DNA of 61,793 nucleotides, filler included, from Dugesia japonica (lineage: Eukaryota): assembly GCA_001938525.1 (NCBI GenBank). It is 6 parts of 6 records of this genome, joined end to end, with 100 filler letters (N's around TTAATTAATTAA, not from the genome) between each part and the next. Parts side by side here need not be neighbours in the genome. Positions count along the whole stretch, not along the records: positions 31,094 to 40,094 come from MQRL01646581.1; positions 40,195 to 48,736 come from MQRL01640494.1; positions 48,837 to 61,793 come from MQRL01641042.1; 3 more parts are not named here. One strand, 5' to 3'. The notes beneath the pieces are model-generated. The model was not told where the DNA came from and ran no database searches. It saw nothing but the letters and a program-made list of their open reading frames with translations. Below are positions 39,271 through 50,038 of the stretch, in pieces. The translations under genes and the position numbers were made by a program. Each line of letters opens with the position of its first letter. Position 1 is the first letter of the stretch.

Positions 39271-40094
39271 TTAAACCATAAAAAAATAGAAAATATTAAA
39301 AGTTTTTAAATATTTTTATAATGTTTGTAAATTTGTTATTACCGTAATTATTTTCTTATAATGTACACGTCTAAAGTTTTTTTGTGCATTATAAGTTAAT
39401 AAATAATTTAAAAAATAAAAATTTCAATTTCAAAATGTATTGCGTTGTTAAATTAAGACTAATGTTAAAAATGTCATCAAACTAGCATTTGGAGTATTTA
39501 GTTCATCAGGCTCGACAATTTTATCAATAAAGCCAGGCTTTGAAAATCCAGAAAAGATAGTTTGAGAGGTTAGTTGATTTTTTTGATGTGTGCATTATTA
39601 GAAAATAAATACGGTATAATAATTCTTTATTAATGATTAATTATAATTTTTTTGAAAAATTTGCTATCATCTTTACGTTACAACTCACATTTACCAATAA
39701 ATACCATTTTAATAATATTAAATCGAATACGGCAGTTAAAAGTTCATATTTAAAATTTATATATGATAAGACTATAAAACTAGTTTTTTGTTTGTATTTT
39801 TTATTTTTTTAACAAGTTACAAACACAACATCTCCTATTAATACTAGACCTACATCTGAAAATTGTAAATAGTTTTATTTAAAATATTTTAATCTACCTT
39901 ACTAAATTGTTAACGAGAGGAATAAATAAAGAATATTTCACAATGGAATTCGATTTTGTTAAATACATTGCATATGCTGTAATTTGTCCCAGAGCAGCCC
40001 CAGTGTCAAATGCATTCTGAGAGATGCCATCTAAATACAAGCTGGGATTAGTAAGTGTACCTACATATAAAATAGTATCAGTTAATTTTTTGGT

Positions 40095-40194
40095 NNNNNN
40101 NNNNNNNNNNNNNNNNNNNNNNNNNNNNNNNNNNNNNNTTAATTAATTAANNNNNNNNNNNNNNNNNNNNNNNNNNNNNNNNNNNNNNNNNNNN
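40095..40194. other. Artificial contig linker
   Basis: N44-TTAATTAATTAA-N44. Confidence 0.97.
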
Positions 40195-41630
40195 TCTCTT
40201 GTAAATGGATGCAAACTCGTTGAATACATCTAAGAATTCCAGTTGTATCAACATCAATAAATTGATCATTTGAAAGTAATTCTACCACTTCATCAATCCA
40301 ATTTACTTTTTGTGCTAAGTACTGTAGCTGCAGTTTATTAATATTTGTATTTGCAAACTGAACTGCTGCATTGACAAATACAACATAACTCAGCCAGTTC
40401 AGCTAGAAAATTATTCAAAACCATCACAGCAGCATGAACTTGAGGATCTGTCAACTTTTTTAATATTTTATAATAGATCTTTATCCTTATCAACTTGTTT
40501 TATAAATAGTCAATTAACATAATATAATTTCTCGATAAGGCTTTTACAGACAAACATCTAGACATCCACAGCACCTCATTAAGTTTTCGAAATGAGATGA
40601 CATCATGGTCTGCAACATTGTATAATTCTTCAAATTCAGCTTTTTAACACTTGACCTACTGAAAGTAGTGTAANNNNNNNNNNNNNNNNNNNNNNNNNNN
40701 NNNNNNNNNNNNNNNNNNNNNNNNNNNNNNNNAATGTCCAGATCTTCCCCATGTGCAACACAGTGCTGCACTGTCAAATGTGTCACCTTTGCACAAAATA
40801 GAGCAGCAACACCATTGTGCTTACCTAACATTACTAATGCACCATCTGAACTTCTTAATTGCTTCATAAATAGTTTTACTGTCACAGGCTGTCAATTTAA
40901 CAACATCAGCAAAATATGTTCGATGGCACTTTACTGAAGTTGGTAGATACTTGATATAGATAATCAACATTTTAGTGGCTGATATGTCTGTACTCTCATC
41001 CACAATCAATGTATGAAATTGATAATCATGGATTTCTCTCATGATAGCTTCTCTAACAACAGAATCAATGCACTCGACAAATTCGAAAGCGTAATTTTTA
41101 CTTCACCAACTCTCTGGAATTTTAACATACTTCATCAAATGATTATAAATGTCTTGCACAGATAACATAGATGAATTCATTGAAATTGACAGAATAACAT
41201 TGTCTATCAAATTCTTTACTTGCTCACCTATGCTTCTGCGACGTTCGTTGAATTCTATTTTTGTCCACCGACCGCTGATTGTTTCGATAAGCAAATTGTT
41301 AATTCTATTGTCAGACTCCATCCTTCTCAATTTAGAAACCGATTCAAAGTGCACTTTTTGATAAAGACATCTTTTTAAGTAACCCATTTTCCAAAGGTCC
41401 CAGATCTTTCCAACCACAAACACATAAGAAGACTTGGCTTCCTCGCACATTTTGCAAACAACTTCTTTGACTTTACTGAACGTAAAGGTAGTTCCAAGAT
41501 TAACACATTTAGGTGTTTTTGAATCCACAGTTTCAGTTTTGACGAGTTCGTTTAGCAAAGACAGTTTAAAACTAATAGCAGCTTTTTTCATTGGCTCCAT
41601 CAAATCATCTTGATGTGTTCGTTTACCATT
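40195..41630 (-). pseudogene. hAT transposase (ZNF862-like), disrupted
   Basis: N-terminal CKMC zinc-finger-like region, TLIVDESTDIS, SDGALVMLGKHNGVAA, HCVAH. Confidence 0.85.
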
Positions 41631-42576
41631 TATAATTTATAGATATGGATATCAATTTTAAAACATTATAAAAATATATATGTGTTGTAAAGTAATTTTA
41701 TTTGCCTTAACGTATCCTTATAACATGCAAATAAGCATTGAAAGAATTCTTACAGTCTGGCCCAATTTATAGAATTATATTCTGACATTAATCAAGGTCT
41801 CCCGTAGGGAAGGAGAAGAGAATATCTAGATATATCTAACTAACTAGAATATAACTAGCATAACTAGAATATTCAGATTGTGTTATATTTCAAAACCCCA
41901 CAGGAGATGCCAACTTGTCAGTGAAGGCATACAGGCATAGCAGATAAGTAGCAGCTGTGTGGCTAAGCAACCTAAGACAGTGAAGTGAATATTATCTCTT
42001 CTTTTACATATACAGCTTTCCACTCCCACTTCCAGCGTCAAGTCATGCATCATTACCACGAGGATTTGAAGCAGGTCAAAATTCTTTCTCTTAGGCTGAA
42101 AAAGCATCATATGCTGACATTTTGTTTGTGTTCCCCTAAATATCCATTATCAAGATCATAAATCTTCCTTCTGAGAGGACCAGAGCATCATTTTAGATTT
42201 AATGCCATTAAATCAAACAAAGGAATTCTAAACTTAACTATGTCAAGAATAAAAATATTTGGATTCACAAGGAACAAATGTAATCAATTAGAAGAAATAG
42301 TGTTCCCCAGAAATCACAAGAATTATTCTTGCGCTCAGAATACATTTAGGTGCGCTGAGACATCAAACAAGCTGTACTCACGTTNGCGCGCAGCTTAGCA
42401 GGAACATTAATCACAATATATTTATCTCTATTATAGCAATTAGACTAACTAGGTAAAATGTAAAAATAATAAAAATGTAAATGGTATTATGGTATCGGGC
42501 GTCAAAAATAGTGGTTTGTAAATGAAATCTTACTAGTCTAAAAATCCAATAATGGTCTGAAAAACATACACTAAAC

Positions 42577-44075
42577 CAGTGATTCTCAAGGTGGGCCTAA
42601 GAAAAATTTAAATTGGCCTGAAAATATAGGTGGGCTCAAATTTAATCTATTTAATTTAATTTAATCTATTCATATTGATACTAATTTTACTTTAAAATTT
42701 TAATTATTATAATTATTGAAAATCACATTAATATTTGTTCATGTTTTTTTCTGTGAAGTGTAGAAATGTAGTTTGTTCCTAATGTTTTTCATGGAATATG
42801 ATGTTTTCCTGGTAAAATATTATGTTTCTGTTGAAAGTGTTTGAAGATTTCACTTTCTTTCTGTTTGAGATGTGTGTTTGAGTTTTGATTTTTTTATTAT
42901 ATTTTGCATGATTTGGCTACATTTCTTATTAATAAAAGGTAATTTAATTATTGTGTTTGTCTTTTGTTGGATTTTATTAAATTTTGTATTCGAGGATAAG
43001 TACTTTGATACAATTCTATTTTGATAACCATAATTTAGAAATTTATTTTTTTATCAACCTGAAGGAAGTCAATCTCATTTCTACATTTGAAGATAGTCTT
43101 CCAGCTCTTATTCTTTCACCCTCGATTATTCCAATTTTCTGCCTGATGGTAGTATTACTACTCCAGAGTAATATATGTCCACTGTGAAATAATTTCATGT
43201 ATAACTGGGTATTAATCATTCACCAGGTTTCTTTTGGATAAAGGTGTCCAGAAAAGGAATTTGAAAGTCGATTGACTTCTATTAAGTGAATTTGAGGTTA
43301 TCATTAATCCTATTGGCTAGTTCCAAAGTATTTTCTAAACTAAAATTAGTAACAAAGAAAATATCATCTATATATTTGTATCCTCTTCTTAGCTTTGAGA
43401 ATAATTTTATGTTCAATGTAGTTCATAAAAACTATCGCTAAAATAGGATACAAATTGTTACCGATTGCCAAACCACTTTTTTGTTTAAAAAGTTGTTCAC
43501 AGATAAAAATGCTGTCAGAGAACAGACACAAATTGATCAGAGATTGGAAATCATTTTTAATGATTTCTGGAATATCTGTATGTTCTTTATAACTTTCAAA
43601 AAAATCACTTATAATATCAATGAAATTTTCAAGTTCTTCAATGGAAACTAATCCATAAAGATTTGTTACATCCAATGAGCCAAATCAATCATCGTTCTGC
43701 TAGTCTTAATTTTTAATTCGTTCAACAAACTCGTAACTATTTTTCAAATGTGCGGGAATAAAACTTAAGTGGTCTCAAAATTTTTTATCGAAGCCTTTTC
43801 TTTATTTTAATGAAATCTAACGGTTTAAATTTTATATACTTATATTTAACTATGTTTTTCACATTTTAAACATAAAAACGTCTTTTTGTAATATCTTAGA
43901 ACTTATTTCAGTAGTGTAACTCAATCTTGATAGATAAACCAATTTTTTAAAGTATTATTATTCACCAAATGAATAAAGTTTATTTTTAGTTTTGACTTTT
44001 AGGACCTATGTGGCGCTGGAATTCTTTAAGCGTTGAGAAGTTGATTGCAGAGGAAAAAAAGGTTGAGAAACATTG
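42577..44075. mobile_element. Non-autonomous hAT element hosting a Penelope fragment
   Basis: Termini CAGTGATTCTCAA / TTGAGAAACATTG; 8-bp flanks CACTAAAC / CACCAAAC (TSD with one mismatch). Confidence 0.7.
42720..43775 (-). mobile_element. Penelope-like RT fragment
   Basis: SLDVTNLY, FKQKSGLAIGNNLYPILA, IDDIFF, IPFLDT. Clearly homologous to 60640-61450. Confidence 0.85.
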
Positions 44076-44123
44076 CACCAAACATTCACACAGATTAAAC
44101 TATTTAACCGATACACACATAAA

Positions 44124-44548
44124 ACCTAATAATACTAGGTTGGGTACACCCGATCTCGGAAGTTAAGGTATCCTAGGCCTCCTTAGTACTTATAACGTTA
44201 GCCGTGTCAACTGAACCTGACCGGTGTTTGACTAATGAGAACCTTACACATTTTCAGTGCAAAATGAAGTCCACCATTTCGTAGTTGATGTCTCGGTTGT
44301 TCAAAGTGATTTCGGTTAAGTTCTTTCAAATTCTCTTAGAAGTCTCTGTCTTAGAAGAGTTTTATCATTAGATTGTCAAAAGGACACTCAAAATCAGCTG
44401 GTAGATTCCGATCCCTTCTAGCTGATATCCTTGTGACATCCAATCTACGACGCTCATTCAATTGGGTCTTCAGTCTGCAAATGGATGTGTTTATCTCGGC
44501 GTATCAATACCTGTAGCTCCGTTAAACTTAATAAACACAATAAACCAA
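44124..44548 (+). mobile_element. 5S rRNA-derived SINE (SINE3-like), near full length
   Basis: Head ATACTAGGTTGGGTACACCCGATCTCGGAAGTTAAG..TAGGCC..TTAGTACTT follows the 5S rRNA 5' two-thirds, with one GATCTC unit collapsed. It has a non-5S body, an A-rich end and flanking direct repeats ATACACACATAAA (44111-44123, 44549-44561). Confidence 0.8.
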
Positions 44549-45779
44549 ATACACACATAAACCCAAACCTTTCAATATTCCCAAATACCTATTAAGTTAG
44601 TTTACCTAATAAGCCAAATACAGATAATATACTAAATCGACTTTAATCCCATTAAAATCAATAAGTTAAATACACATAATAAACATTATTCTATTTAAAA
44701 TTATTCTAATTAAATTGACATTATTAATGAGATGTTTTATAATTGTTAAAAGATATTTGTTTAANCTCAGTGTTGCAAACTTTTTAAATTTTAAATCATT
44801 CCCAGATAGAACTCAAATGAGTCACGGGAGCAACTAATGCCAATGTTCTTGGGGAGCAACCAGATTATAATGTTAAAATTGTCTGGGGCGACTAAATTAA
44901 AATTTTTTAACTAGTTTTATAACCTTTACACTTAATTTATTCAACGACTTCATTTANNNNNNNNNNNNNNNNNNNNNNNNNNNNNNNNNNNNNNNNNNNN
45001 NNNNNNATACTCAATCAATTGCTTAATTCATTTAATCATTCATTGTATTAATTTAATCTATCAAATTATTCTCTTCAATTCATTTGATTAACTATTCATT
45101 CAATTTTACATTTAATCTAGTCAATACATACAAATATTCTCTATGTATCACTTATTCCATAAAATTCACTGTAATAATTATACAATTCAATTAATCTAAA
45201 CAATCAGCTACCTATTCACTCACTCAATACAATTNATCTCCTACTAAATCCAACCATTAATAATTCGTTCGAACTGTATAATTCAGCCATTCACTCACTT
45301 AAAAAACACACCAATAAACTTAAACTAAATAATAACCCATATACCATTGTCGTTCAACCTATAGATAAAAATATAGAAAAAAGTATTTTTATAGATGAAA
45401 GTATAAGTGCAATTACAATATGAATAATCAAACGTTAAAAATTTTCTAAAGATTTTATGGATGTTTAAAAAACTTCATAAATTTACTAGAGGTTGATAAA
45501 TGTTTTCAAATATTTTCTAGAACTTAATGAAATATTACAAATAATTACTAGAAATAAATTTTCAAAATTCCACGTACAACATAGAAAAAATAATTCAAAA
45601 TTTGTTTAGAAGTGGAGTTATTTCTTCAAAGTTTAACTTGAAGTCGATTAATTTTTAAGATTTTCTAGATTCTAATGTTAATAATTGCCGGGGNNNNNNN
45701 NNNNNNNNNNNNNNNNNNNNNNNNNNNNNNNNNNNNNNNNNNNNNNNNNNNNNNNNNNNNNNNNNNNNNNNNNAAAAGT

Positions 45780-46500
45780 ATTTAATTAATTTATTCGAAA
45801 GAGTTTTCTATATACTAATGCTTGGATTATGAAATCTTATAATTAACGCCTCATACAACACTCTCTCACAATAATGTTAAAATTTAAAATGTCAACATTT
45901 GCATTACATCTATTTTATAGTTATGCTAGACACTACCGATCAGTGGTGTTTTAGTAAAATAAGAGGTACCGGAACGCCGCTCCGGCACGTCTCGGCCCCA
46001 ATATACCACTACTACCGACGCGATTGTGCTCATGAACCCTTGTACAAAGATGTCGAACATTATATTTGAAATTTATAAACAAGGTTAGAGCAAAATCCAA
46101 TTGGTTTATCGGATGTTTTAATAAAACCATTAACAATTTTATATGATGTAGAAATAATTTTTAAAAAATGAAGATCATTAGCAGTTTTTAGAATCAAATA
46201 CTTAATTTTTTTAAAACATCCAAAATAAAGAATTGGTGAAATAAATGACCCAACTAAGTTTAACAAAGCTTTATTATGTTCAGAATTATTCAACACAGTT
46301 TCATTCCTTTTATNNNNNNNNNNNNNNNNNNNNNNNNNNNNNNNNNNNNNNNNNNNNNNNNNNNNNNNNNNNNNNNNNNNNNNNNNNNNNNNNNGTTTGC
46401 TTGCAGTAACTTTAATAAATGTTCGATGCTTTTAATGGAGTTCGAATAGATTGAGGACAATGTACAAGAACGAAAAACTAAACTTTTTACCATGTAGTTC
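45780..46500 (-). mobile_element. Penelope-like 3' fragment (same family as 38150-39270)
   Basis: MVKSLVFRSCTLSS, CSNLVYKF, LYEALIIRFHNPSI; nucleotide similarity to 38160-38600. Confidence 0.75.
45941..46011. mobile_element. 71-bp hAT-type MITE inserted in the Penelope GIY-YIG region
   Basis: Termini CAGTGGTGT / ATACCACTA; 8-bp TSD CTACCGAT / CTACCGAC; absent from the homologous copy near 38290. Confidence 0.75.
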
Positions 46501-46820
46501 TAATGTTCTTTTACTGATATGATATTTTTCAGTTTAATTTTGATATTCAAATATTTATTATTTGTATTTCAATAAAACTATATTTACATCATCCTATAAA
46601 ATGTTTAGTGTTTGATATTTTCAAATAATTAAATCAACTCTTTTCCATTTAATAATAAGAAATTTTAATGTTTCCTGAAGTATCAAAACTAAATATAAAT
46701 AAATTTGAAAGGCTTATATATTATACAAAACAATATGTTTAATTTTGACTTTTCATTGAGGTTTAATAGAATGATTTTTACGAGTTTATGTTTTAATAGA
46801 ATGTTTCTCTGTAATTTTAT

Positions 46821-47375
46821 CATGGTTAACTTAATAAATTCGATGCTCGTCAGCTACTAAAAATAATACGTTACTCTTCGTAAGAAAATTCACAGAATAG
46901 CAAACGGAAGTGGGGTGTTCTGCAAAGTTATAAAAAATGTTTCAGAACTAGACAAAATCAATTTATCATCTATATACTAAACAAAAACACAAAATTGAAT
47001 TAAACAAAATTAAAAAACATTTAAGAACAAAGCCAAAAGTAACTTATATATATTTATTTTCCTAGATTTTTCTTTGGCAAACTGATCAAGAATATCACTC
47101 GTACTTAAGCTATCAAATAAATCTTTCTCAATTGATAAAATACTTAAATCATTGAATTTTCTCTGTCCCAAAGAAGATTGTAAATATTTTTTTTTTATTT
47201 TTATTGCTGAAAACTAATAAAATGAAAAATGAATTTTTAAAAAACTAATAACTAAATGAATAATAACTAAATAACTAATAATAACAAATATATATATCGC
47301 AAATAAAAATTGCCACCCCAAAAGGCTTGCTCTCTGAGGCTATAGCCCATTTAGTAATGTGGTTAGGGCGGCCCT
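46821..47375 (-). mobile_element. Deleted hAT derivative with transposase C-terminal remnant
   Basis: YLQSSLGQRKFNDLSILSIEKDL...ILDQFAKEKSRK (hATC end); terminus TTAGGGCGGCCCTG. Confidence 0.7.
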
Positions 47376-48668
47376 GAATTTTATCTGGAAGGCATTCTGT
47401 GTCTATTTGCTAAAAAATATACAAGATAGACAAACGAACTTTTGTGAGTCTTTTGATGAACATCAATTCTAATTGGTTTGTCTCAATCTTTTAGTTATTT
47501 CTTGTTATTTTTAATTTTTCTTCTTAAAAATAATTTTACTAATATATAGAAATAATTAAATTGTTTTTAATGCATTATTATATTTGTCTGCAAATCAATT
47601 TCTGTAATATAACATCAATTTTGTATCATTACTTTTAAAATAATTGATAATTAAAGTGCTATTATGTAATAAAAATAATCTAAAACATTTTAACATAAAA
47701 ATAATAACAATAATATTAGTTGAATTTTAAAAAATCAAATAATAAAATAGTTAATCCATGAAGAAAATTCGGATTTCTAACAAGAAATTATAGAAAATAT
47801 TTTATTACAATTACAAATATTGCTAGAATAAATGTTGGACAATATTTTGATCGAAAGCTTTTAATTTAATGACAAAAAAATTTTATCAACGTTTTTTAAT
47901 TTATTGAAAAAATAATGGTTTTGTTTTGAAATAATTACAGTACATAAGAAGTGAATGATTATTCTCAAAAATATCGGTTCACTTTTAATGGCAAAAAAAA
48001 TTATTTAATTTACAGATGAAATCAACTATGATAAATTAGTTTAAAATATACAAAAAAAATATTATTTCATGGAGTTATTAAATTATTATCAGTAATTTGA
48101 CTTTATTTTTTTGATGATCTATTTTAATTAATTAATAGCATAAAGAGATGTTTTGGAAAAAAAAACATTTACATTAAAAAATATAACTATTAAAATATTA
48201 AAATTAAATTAATTAATAATTTATGTTTTATTTTTATTTTTGAAATTGAAATTTTCTTTTTATCGTTTGACTGTATGAATTAACTAGAAATTAACCTTCG
48301 AGAATTTAATTTTTATTTTCATTTAAAAATAACAGCTAATAAATCTTTAATTATAATAAACCAATCTTTAATTAAAACCAACCAACACTTCGAAAAATAA
48401 ATATCCATCTTGATATTTAAAATCTATAAACGAATCTTATTTCTTTCTAAAACTATTAACTTATAGTTATAGGTAGTTTTATATTTTGATTAAAATATTT
48501 ATATAATTTTTATGTTAATAAAGTTAATAAAGAATTTTCATTTCATTTAGTTAGAATGTTAATTTTTAATTGGAAAATTTCTAATTTATAATGAATATAT
48601 TATTTATTGCAACATTGAACTTATTTAACTTGTTTACTAAATTAGTTCAAATATTAATATTATTCAAC

Positions 48669-48736
<68 letters not shown>

Positions 48737-48836
48737 NNNNNNNNNNNNNNNNNNNNNNNNNNNNNNNNNNNNNNNNNNNNTTAATTAATTAANNNNNNNN
48801 NNNNNNNNNNNNNNNNNNNNNNNNNNNNNNNNNNNN
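48737..48836. other. Artificial contig linker
   Basis: N44-TTAATTAATTAA-N44. Confidence 0.97.
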
Positions 48837-49228
48837 TTAGCCCCTGCCAGGGAGTTACGCACACTCCATAAATTGTTTTGGACAAAAGATGATAGGTGCT
48901 CGTAGGAGGGCAGTTGGGTGGTGGCGAATCCGAACACCGTGGGACTCTCTGACCACACACGCTCAACTCGTGGTATCGACGAAGAAACCGTAGTTGATTG
49001 CGGCGAAGGAGGATAATAGGGACGATCCTGCAGTGGACCGCGCCATTGATAGTAAGCCTCTCTCTCTTCGGCGTCCCAATTCCTATACTCTTCCGCTAAC
49101 TGTGGTGGCATATTGTAATTGTCAACCAGGACACCCGCGCTACGGTTATGTGAGTTTCGGTATTTGCGGAACGTCGACAACCCCGTTTGAATGTCCGTAG
49201 TGATTGTCCAGATATGCTCCATTATCAT
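48837..49228 (-). CDS. Orphan small protein C (63-aa shared domain + S/P-rich tail), runs to the contig edge
   Basis: Intact GC-richer ORF; tcttttgtAG|ttttATG; gapless homology to ORF 49396-49740. Confidence 0.75.
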
Positions 49229-49395
49229 AAAACTACAAAAGAGTTATGTTTTATTGTCTGTTAATAGAAATAAGTAAAATAATAGAACAATTATAAAACC
49301 AAAATTAAGAATTTCTAACGAAAAGCTAACAAAACACAGAATTTATTGGCTCTTTTTTAATACAACCACGATACCCATATTAATGAAAGAAGAGT

Positions 49396-49740
49396 TTAAC
49401 TATCTTCTCTCTCAATGCGGAAATGGGTACATTGCGACAATTGTCCGGGGGTAAGCGGAATCCATGCTGACCCCTCTCGCCATTGTAGGTGAACGTGATT
49501 AGTGATTGGGTCAACCGTCAAGACGCGGTGCAGGACTTCGCGTGATCGGTCGGGACCATTCCACTCATAATAGGCGTGACGCGCGATGGATGCTTGCTCT
49601 CGTTCCTGTTCGGATTCTCCGGGTGTTAGTACCGAAAAATCAACAGAGTCACCCGCATTGGGGTCATACGGATTGCGGTATCGTTTTACGACGATTTCTC
49701 CAGTGTACCGGTCCTGCAAAATCTCCCACTTGTATTCCAT
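49396..49740 (-). CDS. Orphan small protein B (114 aa; 63-aa shared domain + distinct tail)
   Basis: Intact ORF; CACTAAT branch-like motif, then tgttaAG|ttgATG; AATAAA at 49347-49342 followed by TCTGTGTTTTGTT; paralogue of ORF C. Confidence 0.75.
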   Translation of the reverse strand: MEYKWEILQDRYTGEIVVKRYRNPYDPNAGDSVDFSVLTPGESEQEREQASIARHAYYEWNGPDRSREVLHRVLTVDPITNHVHLQWREGSAWIPLTPGQLSQCTHFRIEREDS

Positions 49741-49855
49741 CAACTTAACAGTGCAGCAAAACATTAGTGATTATAATAAGAAAGCAAAGAAGAAAATTAT
49801 TAAAGTAAGTATTTTATTTATCATGAATAATAGAAATTGTTAAACCAAGATATAA

Positions 49856-50038
49856 TTAATCGGCATCCAAGTCTACCGGCACATCTAGCGGGAACATCTC
49901 GGCGAAGCATTGGAGGTCCGTCTCGTCCGGATGCTCTACAATCCCTTTGGTTAGATAATGCGCCACTAATTGTTTAGCTCGGACAGCTTGGCGCTGTTTT
50001 TTGATCCAGCGCAACATGTTACGGAGTTTGGCCGTCAT
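49856..50038 (-). CDS. Orphan small protein A (60 aa; basic N-half, acidic C-half)
   Basis: tatttttgtttcAG|ttgATG; MTAKLRNMLRWIKKQRQAVRAKQLVAHYLTKGIVEHPDETDLQCFAEMFPLDVPVDLDAD*; AATAAA at 49818-49813. Confidence 0.6.
   Translation of the reverse strand: MTAKLRNMLRWIKKQRQAVRAKQLVAHYLTKGIVEHPDETDLQCFAEMFPLDVPVDLDAD

Noticed and set aside
49680-49740. WW-domain assignment for the duplicated domain (W...D..TG)
   Set aside because: It lacks the aromatic pair right after TG, and the second Trp is 55 residues away rather than about 22.
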